A stretch of 24,000 nt of DNA from an uncultured Planctomycetales bacterium (GTDB lineage Bacteria; Planctomycetota; MHYJ01; JACPRB01). The notes beneath the pieces are model-generated. The model was not told where the DNA came from and ran no database searches. It was given only the letters and a program-made list of their open reading frames with translations. Below, piece by piece: positions 15,600-23,900 of the stretch (its first letter is position 1; each line of letters begins with the position of its first letter). The DNA is taken from positions 43,755-67,754 of the forward strand of contig CAYXGZ010000012.1 of the NCBI GenBank assembly GCA_964464755.1, read 5' to 3'. The position numbers and the translations under genes were made by a program.

Positions 15600-16394
15600 A
15601 TGGACTACTGGTGGAAGGAGAACCGGAAGTTCGCCCTCGCGGTCGGCGGGGGCGTGCTCGGGCTCGCCGCCTGGGCGCTGTTCGTCGTCGGGCCGATCAA
15701 CGCGTCGGCCGACAAGGCGCGCCAGGACCTGACGAACCAGCGCCTCATGCTCCAGGGCCGGCTCGCCGCGGGCGTCCCCGCCGAGGACTCCGTGGGCCGG
15801 GCCGAGCGCGACCGCAAGGCGCTGACCGAGGACCTCAAGAGCCTGCAGGCGGCCGCGGAGTTCAAGCTCGAGGAGGCGTTCAAGGGCTCCGACGGCTCGA
15901 AGACGCCGCAGGAGCTGCTGGGCCGCGCGCGCGGCGACTTGGTCAAGCTGCTGGACCTGAAGTGCAAGGAGCGCGGCTTCCCCCAGATCGCCCAGAACCT
16001 CGGGATGCCCTCGAGCGTGCAGACCCTGCCGGACCCGGTGGCCACGGAGTGGCTGAAGCGGCTCGCCATCCTGAAGCGGGTCTGCCTGCTGGCCATCGAG
16101 CACGCGGAGAAGCTGGAACTCGTCGAGGTCGTCCCCAACCCGAACCAGGACGAGTCGCTGATCCAGGACGCCCGCTTCATGAACAAGCTGACGTTGAAGT
16201 TCCGCGTGCAGGCGCCGGCCGAGGGCACGCTGCGGCTGGTGCACGCGCTGCAGCAGAAGGGGACCTTCCTCGCCGTCGAGGCCTTCTCGACCGGCCTGGC
16301 CGACGCGGGGCGCGACCTGATGTCGACGGAACTGTCCGTGTGCGGGATCTTCGCGAACCTGTCCGGGGGCGTGATGCCCGAGCACAAGGAGTGA
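15600..16394 (+). CDS. PilO/GspM-like bitopic inner-membrane assembly protein (264 aa); assignment by architecture and position
   Basis: Track ORF, with SD GAGGAG 3 nt upstream (15591-15596) overlapping the previous TGA stop (15591-15593). It has an N-terminal TM helix (FALAVGGGVLGLAAWALFVVG), then a coiled coil (ADKARQDLTNQRLMLQ...KALTEDLKSLQAAAEFKLEE) and a C-terminal alpha/beta region. It sits immediately after the PilMN fusion. Confidence 0.6.
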   Translation: MDYWWKENRKFALAVGGGVLGLAAWALFVVGPINASADKARQDLTNQRLMLQGRLAAGVPAEDSVGRAERDRKALTEDLKSLQAAAEFKLEEAFKGSDGSKTPQELLGRARGDLVKLLDLKCKERGFPQIAQNLGMPSSVQTLPDPVATEWLKRLAILKRVCLLAIEHAEKLELVEVVPNPNQDESLIQDARFMNKLTLKFRVQAPAEGTLRLVHALQQKGTFLAVEAFSTGLADAGRDLMSTELSVCGIFANLSGGVMPEHKE

Positions 16395-16398
16395 CGCG

Positions 16399-19224
16399 GT
16401 GGGCCCGCTGAAGAACTTCAACAAGGAACAGGTCACGCTCGGCGCGGCGGCCCTGCTCGCCGCGCTTGTCTTCGGCTGGCAGTCCGCCCGCGGCGGGTCC
16501 GGGACCGCGGGCGCGGGCGGGGCGGGCGGCGACCGGACCTACGGCACGCCGCGGCTCCAGGTGCCCGAGTTCGTGCAGCCCAAGGTCGACCACTACCTCC
16601 AGGGCCGCAACATCTGGGAGCCGCCGATCACCGGCCGGCTGCCCATCCCCGAGATCCGCCATCCCGAGCCGCGGCTGGACGGCCCCGTGCTGCCCCCGCT
16701 GCGGCCCTCGCCGAACTTCGAGATCTTCAACCGCGCGCTGCTTCCGGGGAAGGACCGCGTGCTGCCGCGGGCGCTGGGGGTCTCGACCCCTCCGGGCCTG
16801 CTGCCCGCGGCCGAGCTCGAGGCGCTCAAGGCCCTCAAGGAGCCCGAGGCGGTCGGCGTGCCGGACCGCCGCAAGCAGCTCATGCGGCCGACGGGCGAGG
16901 CGATCGTCCACCTGAAGCCGCCCGCCAAGCCGATCGAGGGGCGGGTGCTCCTCGAGAAGCCCGACGGCACGATCATGATCGAGATCGTCAAGGGAGACTC
17001 GAAGCAGCGTCGGGAGATCAAGCCCGACGACATCGACCGCGCCCACCCCGGCACCGAGGACGGCGTCGAGCGCGGCTGGGAGTACGAGAAGGACTACGAC
17101 CGGCGCTCGCGCCGGCTCAAGGACACGGACGTCGACGGGCACGTGAAGCTCGGCCGCTGGTGCCGCGAGCAGTCCGGCATGCTGCCGGAGGCCGCGCGGT
17201 CGTTCCGCACGGCCCTGGAGACCCTGCGCCGGAAGAACGACGTGTCGCAGAAGTCGCGCGAGATCCTCTTCCAGCTCGCGGACACGCACCGCGACCTGGG
17301 GGATATCGACGGCGCCGTTGCCGTCGTCTCGGAGTTCCTCGACTCCGTCCGCGGCGGCACCCAGGAGACGGGCGACCTCCACCTGAAGCTCGGGGATCTC
17401 TTCCGCGCGATCGGCCACTTCGAGCGCGCGGGCCAGAGCTACCTCGCCGCGGCGCTCCTCGAGCCCGCGCGCCAGGCCGGCCGGACGATGCTCGCCCGCG
17501 TGCAGTACGAGGCCGGGCGCGACGTCGACGCCCTCGACACGCTGGACCAGATGGCCAAGGCGCTCGGCAAGCTCGAGGACGAGGCCCTGCTCGTCCAGGC
17601 GCTCTGCCAGCTCCGCCAGGGCAACGCGGCGGCGGCCCAGGCCTCGCTCGCGGGCGTGCTGGCCGCCAGGCCGGACCACTCCGAGGCCCTGAACGCCGCG
17701 GGCGTCGCCCACGCGCTCCTCGGCCAGCCCGAGGGGCCGGCGAGGTTCGCGGCGGCCATCAAGGCGAACCAGTACGAGATCGACGCGTGGCTGAACCTCG
17801 CGGTGCTCTACCTGGCGGCGGGCGCCGCCCCCGAGGCCGAGGCGCTGTACCAGGCGGCCGCGCAGCGCGATCCGGACTCCCCGACGGCGCTCGCGGGCCT
17901 CGGGCTCGTGCAGGCGCTGAAGACCCAGGGCAAGGACACGGGCGGCCACCTGGACCGCGCGCTGGCCGTGCGCCCCGGGCACTACTACTCGAAGTACGCC
18001 CTCGGGCACCTCGCTCTCCAGGCGGGTCGCGCGCAGGAGGCCCTCGACCGCTTCACGGAGAGCTTCCGGGACGAGTCGTCCTACCTCCCGGCCTACTACG
18101 ACGCGTCGCTGGCCTACCTGGCCCTCGCCCGCGAGGAGCAGCGCGCCGGCCAGTACGGGCCGGCCGAGCAGCGGGCCGGGCGGATGGAGCGCGCCGCCTC
18201 GCTGCGCGTGAACGCCGAGACGCTGCTCGGGTCGATGCGCGAGCTGGACCCGACCCGGGCGGAGACCTACATCGCGCTCGGCTGCGTCTACGCCTCCCAG
18301 GGCCGCCCCTCGGAGGCCCTCGCCGCGTTGAACCAGGGCGCGACCGGCGCCCAGCCCGATCCGCTCGTCGAGTACGCCCGGGGCTTCGTCGACTACTGGT
18401 ACTCGGGCGAGAACCGCAAGCAGGGGATCGAGCTCGCCGAGGGCCGCTTCCGCGGCGGCTCCCTGATGCAGCCAGTCACCGAGTCCGACAAGGACTGGAT
18501 CGCCGCGTGCGTCGACGCGCTGAAGAAGGTCGACGATTGGAAGACGAAGCGCGTGCTCTTCGAGGACCGCTTCGACAACAACCAGTGGTCCCCGACGGCG
18601 GCCTGGCTCCGCGTCGAGGCGCCCAACGGCCCCCAGATGAAGGCCGAGGGCGGCCGCTGGGCCGTCAGCGGCGTCCAGGGTTCGGGCCGCAGCTCCCGCC
18701 TCACCGGGCTGGAGCGCCGCGACATCGCCGGCGTGGAGTTCCTGAGCGTCGAGGCCGTGCTCACGTGGGAGTCGCTGGCGGGCCAGGAGATCGGCTGCTC
18801 GGTGTTCGTCTCGAAGCCGGCGGGTTCCGGCGCCACGGAGCAGGCCCAGGGCGTCCACCTCGTCGTGACCGAGGACCGCGTCAAGGGGCTGCGGCTCGGC
18901 TTCGGCTACGGCATGGCCGTCCGCGAGCGGGGCCCGGACCAGCTCGGCGCGTTCACGATGGCCCTGGCCGCCGGGACCAAGTCCCTGCGCTTCAAGATCG
19001 AGCGGCGCGAGGCCGAGGCGCGCACGTGGGTCTTCGAGCTCTTCCTCTGGGACGAGGCGAAGCAGGACTGGAAGCTCGCGATCGAGAAGGCGCCCCCGAA
19101 GGTGCCTCACTCGGGGGATAATGTCCCGTACATCCTGTCGCTGTGGGGCCGGTCGGCCGTCGAGTCCCAGAAGGTCGGGTTCGGGATCGACGACGTCCGC
19201 GTCCTCATCACGACCCGGCGCTAG
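16399..19224 (+). CDS. 941-aa TM / Pro-rich / small beta-domain / TPR-repeat / C-terminal ConA-LamG-like beta-sandwich protein occupying the PilP/GspC slot
   Basis: Track ORF with GTG start and AAGGAG (16387-16392) 6 nt upstream. TM helix VTLGAAALLAALVFGW is followed by a Pro-rich stretch. The segment at 16894-17033 (GEAIVHLKPPAKPIEGRVLLEKPDGTIMIEIVKGDSKQRREIKPDDI) resembles PilP/GspC beta domains. At about 17100-18400 there are many Ala/Leu-rich 34-residue-like repeats (LGDLFRAIGHFERAGQSYLAAALLEP...). At about 18530-19221 the sequence reads FEDRFDNNQW...WAVSG...FLSVEAVLTWES...KVGFGIDDVRVL, which is jelly-roll-like. Confidence 0.75.
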   Translation: MGPLKNFNKEQVTLGAAALLAALVFGWQSARGGSGTAGAGGAGGDRTYGTPRLQVPEFVQPKVDHYLQGRNIWEPPITGRLPIPEIRHPEPRLDGPVLPPLRPSPNFEIFNRALLPGKDRVLPRALGVSTPPGLLPAAELEALKALKEPEAVGVPDRRKQLMRPTGEAIVHLKPPAKPIEGRVLLEKPDGTIMIEIVKGDSKQRREIKPDDIDRAHPGTEDGVERGWEYEKDYDRRSRRLKDTDVDGHVKLGRWCREQSGMLPEAARSFRTALETLRRKNDVSQKSREILFQLADTHRDLGDIDGAVAVVSEFLDSVRGGTQETGDLHLKLGDLFRAIGHFERAGQSYLAAALLEPARQAGRTMLARVQYEAGRDVDALDTLDQMAKALGKLEDEALLVQALCQLRQGNAAAAQASLAGVLAARPDHSEALNAAGVAHALLGQPEGPARFAAAIKANQYEIDAWLNLAVLYLAAGAAPEAEALYQAAAQRDPDSPTALAGLGLVQALKTQGKDTGGHLDRALAVRPGHYYSKYALGHLALQAGRAQEALDRFTESFRDESSYLPAYYDASLAYLALAREEQRAGQYGPAEQRAGRMERAASLRVNAETLLGSMRELDPTRAETYIALGCVYASQGRPSEALAALNQGATGAQPDPLVEYARGFVDYWYSGENRKQGIELAEGRFRGGSLMQPVTESDKDWIAACVDALKKVDDWKTKRVLFEDRFDNNQWSPTAAWLRVEAPNGPQMKAEGGRWAVSGVQGSGRSSRLTGLERRDIAGVEFLSVEAVLTWESLAGQEIGCSVFVSKPAGSGATEQAQGVHLVVTEDRVKGLRLGFGYGMAVRERGPDQLGAFTMALAAGTKSLRFKIERREAEARTWVFELFLWDEAKQDWKLAIEKAPPKVPHSGDNVPYILSLWGRSAVESQKVGFGIDDVRVLITTRR

Positions 19225-19233
19225 GGAGGTACG

Positions 19234-19857
19234 ATGCGGCGCTCCCCGGGGTTCACGCTGATCGAGATCCTCGTCGTCATCGTCATCATCGGGATCCTCG
19301 CCTCGCTCGCGCTCGTCGGCGTCAACGCGGCCCTCAACAGCGCCAAGGTCAGCGCCACCGAGTCCATGCTCCGCACGCTCGAGGGGGCCTGCCACCAGTA
19401 CCGCACGCGCTGGGGCGACTACCCGCCCTCCACGCTCACCGAGTTCAACGTGCAGCTCTCCAACGAGGTCAACAACGGCGCCGAGTCGCTCTGCGCCTGC
19501 CTCGGCTCCACGCTGAAGGGCGGGTCGCTGCTCTCGTCGGTGAAGGATGACCAGTTCGTCAACATGGACCGCGACGCGGCCCCGCGCAACGTGACGACCT
19601 GGTTCTTCGGAGACACGCAGCTCCGGGAGGTCGCCGACGCCTATGCGCAGCCGATGACCTACCTCCACTGGAAGGACTACCGCCGCGCCCCGGTCCAGGT
19701 CCGGAAGTACTGGATGGCGGACGGGGGGCCGGAGCAGGTCGTGCAGGTGGAGGTCAGCGCCGCCACGAAGGCCTTCCAGCGCCAGGACTCCTTCCAGATG
19801 AGGTCCGCGGGCAAGGACGGGAAGCTCGGGACCCCCGACGACATCCAACTGCCGTAG
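19234..19857 (+). CDS. GspG-family major pseudopilin / type IV pilin-like protein with prepilin N-methylation signal (207 aa)
   Basis: Track ORF with SD GGGAGG 4 nt upstream. MRRSPG|FTLIEILVVIVIIGILASLAL shows G-1, F+1 and E+5. ...AKVSATESMLRTLEGACHQYRTRWGDYP resembles the GspG helix, and the C-terminal SAGKDGKLGTPDDI resembles the GspG SAGPDG..GT.DDI calcium-loop motif. Confidence 0.85.
   Translation: MRRSPGFTLIEILVVIVIIGILASLALVGVNAALNSAKVSATESMLRTLEGACHQYRTRWGDYPPSTLTEFNVQLSNEVNNGAESLCACLGSTLKGGSLLSSVKDDQFVNMDRDAAPRNVTTWFFGDTQLREVADAYAQPMTYLHWKDYRRAPVQVRKYWMADGGPEQVVQVEVSAATKAFQRQDSFQMRSAGKDGKLGTPDDIQLP
19253..19287 (+). repeat. Copy 1 of a 35-nt perfect direct repeat (pseudopilin signal-sequence region)
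   Basis: TCACGCTGATCGAGATCCTCGTCGTCATCGTCATC is identical, including all synonymous positions, to 19899-19933. Confidence 0.9.
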
Positions 19858-19867
19858 GGGAGACACG

Positions 19868-20845
19868 ATGGGCCGCGCCAGGCGCGCCGACGCGGGCGTC
19901 ACGCTGATCGAGATCCTCGTCGTCATCGTCATCTTCTCGATGCTGATGGGGCTGGGGGTCTCGGTCCTCCGCAACGCGAACAAGGACCTCGGCGTCCGGG
20001 CCGCGGCGGGCCGCGTCGTCGCGATGATCCGCGCCGCCCACGACCACGCCCGCGCCGAGAACAGCCCGGCCTGGGTGATCTTCACGATGCAGGAGCCCTC
20101 CGCGGGCGCCCTCACCAAGGAGACGGTGGGGATGTGGCACTGCGAGGAGGACGGCCGCGGCGCCTTCGGCCTCGACCCCAAGGTGACCGGCGCGGTCATC
20201 CAGCCCGGCCGCATCGGGATGGGCTACCGGATGCGCAAGCCCGGCGACTCCGTGGAGCTCGGCGAGATCCCGTTCCAGGCGAAGGACCAGGGCGTCGCGC
20301 TCGAGCTCTGGTTCTGGCGGGACGCCGGCGGCCAGAAGTCCACGATCGCCGCGGCGGGGAAGGACCTCGAGCTCCTCCTCGACGCCACCGGCCGCGTCAC
20401 GGCGCGGATCGGCGGGCTCAACCTCGGTTCCGGCGACGCGCTGCTGCCCCGCGAGAGCTGGATCCACGTCCAGCTCCTGCACAACGGGCGCCAGGCCAAG
20501 CTCTTCCTCAACGACGTGGAAGTCGCCTCCGTGAACGGCGGGGTGCAGTGGTCGGACAAGCCCGCGCCGATCCTCGTCGGCGGCGGGCGCGACGGCCTGG
20601 TGGGCATGGTCGACGAGATCCGCCTCAGCCTCATCGTCCGGCGGGACATCTACCGCCTGCCGGCCCAGGTCGAGTTCCAGTTCGCGCCCGGCACGGTCCC
20701 CGTCAACGACGAGGTGATCCTGGCCTTCGACTCGCTGGGGCGCCTGGACCCGGCCCGCCACCCCGGGCCGTTCTCCTTCAAGGTCAAGTCGCCCGCGGAC
20801 GAGAAGGAGATCGTCGTGACCCCCCAGGGGGCGGTCCGGCGCTGA
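19868..20845 (+). CDS. Minor pseudopilin (GspH-like N-terminus) fused to a LamG / Laminin_G_3-type jelly-roll domain (325 aa)
   Basis: Track ORF. MGRARRADAG|VTLIEILVVIVIFSMLMGLGV carries a prepilin signal with E+5 but V instead of F at +1. At about 20243-20629 the sequence reads VALELWFWRD...ESWIHVQLLHNGRQAKLFLNDVEVAS...LVGGGRDGLVGMVDEIRLS, the signature I associate with Laminin_G_3 domains. Confidence 0.8.
   Translation: MGRARRADAGVTLIEILVVIVIFSMLMGLGVSVLRNANKDLGVRAAAGRVVAMIRAAHDHARAENSPAWVIFTMQEPSAGALTKETVGMWHCEEDGRGAFGLDPKVTGAVIQPGRIGMGYRMRKPGDSVELGEIPFQAKDQGVALELWFWRDAGGQKSTIAAAGKDLELLLDATGRVTARIGGLNLGSGDALLPRESWIHVQLLHNGRQAKLFLNDVEVASVNGGVQWSDKPAPILVGGGRDGLVGMVDEIRLSLIVRRDIYRLPAQVEFQFAPGTVPVNDEVILAFDSLGRLDPARHPGPFSFKVKSPADEKEIVVTPQGAVRR
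19899..19933 (+). repeat. Copy 2 of the 35-nt perfect direct repeat
   Basis: Identical to 19253-19287. It encodes TLIEILVVIVI in both pseudopilin genes. Confidence 0.9.
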
Positions 20846-20864
20846 GGAATTTTCCCGGCCCGCG

Positions 20865-20893
20865 TTGACACTCCCCTCCGGGCGGCGTACAGT
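20865..20893 (+). promoter_or_regulatory. Internal sigma70-like promoter: TTGACA-17 nt-TACAGT
   Basis: A perfect -35 TTGACA at 20865-20870, an exactly 17-nt spacer, and TACAGT at 20888-20893. It lies in the only sizeable gap (139 nt) of the cluster, 92 nt upstream of ATG 20985. An imperfect hairpin CAGCCG-CT-CCGCG...CGCGG-A-CGGCTG at about 20928-20958 lies in the resulting leader. SD GGAGGG is at 20975-20980. Confidence 0.4.
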
Positions 20894-20984
20894 TGTTGAT
20901 GGAGCGGGTCCTCTTTTCCTGACCGAGCAGCCGCTCCGCGTCCGCCCGCGGACGGCTGTCCCGGAACGCCGCCTGGAGGGCTTG

Positions 20985-23900
20985 ATGCCTCGCACGTCCC
21001 GCCGATCCGGCCTCGCGCTCGTCCTCGTCCTCACCGTCGTCATGGCCCTCGCCATCATCGCGACCCCGTTCGTCCTCTCGATGATCGAGCAGGAGCGGAC
21101 CGCGGTCACCGGCCGGGCCTGGCAGCAGGCGTTCACGGGCGCCGAGGGCGTCCGCAATTTCGCGATCACCCGGGTCCTGGCGGGGACCGACGGGATCGAG
21201 CGCCACGGGAACCCCCCGGGGACCCCGTACCTCGACACGCGCTCCGAGACGTTCGTTGACCTGCGCGACGCGAGGCTGCGCAACGCCGGCGTGCTCGACG
21301 GCAAGGGCAACCTCTGGGGCGTCATCGTCCAGGACGAGCAGGGCAAGGTCAACTCGCTGTCGGCCCCCGGCCCGGTGCTCCAGAATCTCCGCCGCGTCGT
21401 CGATCCCCGGGTCGTCGACCCGAAGGACTACCTGACGATCTACTCGTCCCGGCCCGGCCGCTGGATCCATCCCCAGCGCATCCGCGACCTCGGGACGTTC
21501 ACGAACCAGATCGGGTCCATCACCGGGCTCCAGCTCGACAGCGTGGTCCACCTGGCCCAGGGGGCCAAGGTCCGGATCTCCAAGCCCGGCCTTCCGGCGA
21601 TCGAGGCCGAGGTCGTCCAGAACGGCCGCTTCTTCTTCGGGATCGAGGCCATTTCGACGTCGCCGTCGGTCGGGGTGAACTACGCGAACGGCCTGGTGGA
21701 AGTCGAGGCCCGCCACCCGGTGAACGTGAACACCGCGCGCCGGGAGACGCTGATCGCCATGCTCGAGGGCCTCGCGCTCGCGTGGCCCGCGACGATGCCG
21801 CAGGGGCAGAAGTCGGCCGTCCTGAGCCGCTCCGACGCGATGGACGTCGCCGACGCGATCCGGGACAAGGGCTTCCAGACCTGGGACGCCTTCGTGCAGG
21901 CGGTCCTGGGGACCCAGGTGGACGACCTCGCGAAGTGCGCCGTGATCCTCAACGCGGTCGACCCCACGAACTTCCTCCTGGCGACGGCGGGGGGGCAGGG
22001 GTCCGGCACGTTGCCGTTCTGCTTCACGTCCTGCGAGACGATCACGGTCCTCGCGCGCAGCTCGGTGAACAACCCCCAGGGCGTCCCGGTCTCCGGCGCG
22101 GGCTTCCGCGAGGTGATCGATTACGCGCCCGCGACGACGCTGACGCTGCACGTCGAGAACGAGTACGACTTCGACCGCTTCCTCGGGCCGCCCCGGTTCG
22201 TCGTCAACGGCAACTCGATCTCGCTGGGGCAGGACGCCGCGGTGACCATGCAGATGGCGGGCTGGCCGGGCGCCTACAACGGCTACCCCTTCGGCGCCCG
22301 GATCATGACGTTCCCGACGGCCATCGCCTCGGGGCAGCCGGCCGACATGACCCTGAAGCCCCAGCCCGCGCAGACGGAGAACTACCTCTCGATGCGCACG
22401 GACCGCGACGTCCGCGGCGGCGGGCAGTGGATCAACAACTTCAACCACTTCGACGCCGAGGTCGACGGGCTCAAGCTCGTGAACGCCGTCCACTCGCCGG
22501 GGACCTGGGACACGGTCTTCAGCCGGAACCCGAACCAGTTCGGGCCGGACCCGACGCAGAACTTCCCCGACGTCTCCGCGGGCGGGACCGAGTTCTGGAT
22601 CCGCTTCGACGGGTCGGTCCCCGCGGCGCTGAAGCTCTTCGACATCCGGGAGGGGGACAAGAGCAACCGGATCTCCCTCGAGATCGAGGCCAAGGACATC
22701 GTCTACCGGATCACGGACGGCACGGTCGGCCGGCAGAACGCGCAGAACTTCGTGCTCGACAAGGGCTGGTCGGAGATCCGGGCCGTCCACCCCTTCGTGG
22801 CCGACACGTGGTACCACATCGCCATCTACTGGAAGGGCACGCGGTACGGGCACATGCTGCTGATGATCGACGGGTTCGTGCCGACCGGAGCGAAGTGGCG
22901 CTGCGTGGACGACGAGTCGCTGACCGACTGCTCGACGGAGCTGATCAACCCGCTCACGATCCCGACCGATCCGAACGACCTCAACCAGACCTACATCTCG
23001 CTCCCGATGAAGAACACGGGCTGGCTGCAGAAGCCCGCCTCGTGGCCCTCCACGGAACCGTTCATCGTCCCGCTCCTGATCGGGGCGGAGGTCTTCCACT
23101 ACGAGCCCGACACGGGGATGGCGGCCCGGGGCCAGCGGGCGACCGCGTTCCAGGACCACGTCGCCGGGGCCAAGGTCACCCTCTTCGGCTACGCCAGCCG
23201 GATCCGGGACCTGGACGTGAACATCGACTACGGAGACGGCGAGCCGCCCGTCCAGATGCGCTTCGACTTCCTCCCGCGTGCCCAGGCGGTCACGACGCGG
23301 CAGTTCGGGGCGATGATGACGGCCAGCATCAACGGGCCGGACGACATCGACGCCGACGGGATGGCGACCGAGCTCGCGATGGCGACGACGACGGGCATCA
23401 AGTTCACGACGAACGACACGGCCGCCTGGCCGCAGCCGGGGTTCATCCGGATCCAGAACGAGGCGATCTACTACGAGAAGATCACGGTCCAGGACGCGAC
23501 CAACGGGACCTTCGACAACTGCACCCGGGGGGCGGAGGCCACGATAGCCGCGGACCATCCGGCGGGCTCCATGATCGAGATGTGGGGCATCGCCGTCGAC
23601 ATGCTGGACGCCAACATCCCGCTCAACACGGCCCTCATGATCCAGGACGAGCTGTTCTGGCCGGTCCGGACCACGACGAACACCACCGACCCCAGCCAGA
23701 TCAACTTCTGGGTCGGGGTCGTGGTGAACCCGGGGATGTCGAACGCCATCGCCCGCCCGCTGCGCCGGGACCCGGTGGCGGGGCCGCAGGTGCCGCACCC
23801 CGCCGGGGAGCGCATCATCCCGGGCTTCGCGATCCGGGAATCGGACCCCGGCCAGTTCCGCTGGAACGCCGCCCGGGGCGACCTGGTCACGGTCGTCGAC

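Noticed and set aside
16509-16526. G-quadruplex motif GGG-CGC-GGG-C-GGGG-C-GGG near the 5' end of the TPR gene
   Set aside because: It encodes a Gly/Ala-rich linker (GTAGAGGAGG). Runs like this are expected frequently at this GC content, so I have no evidence of a specific function.
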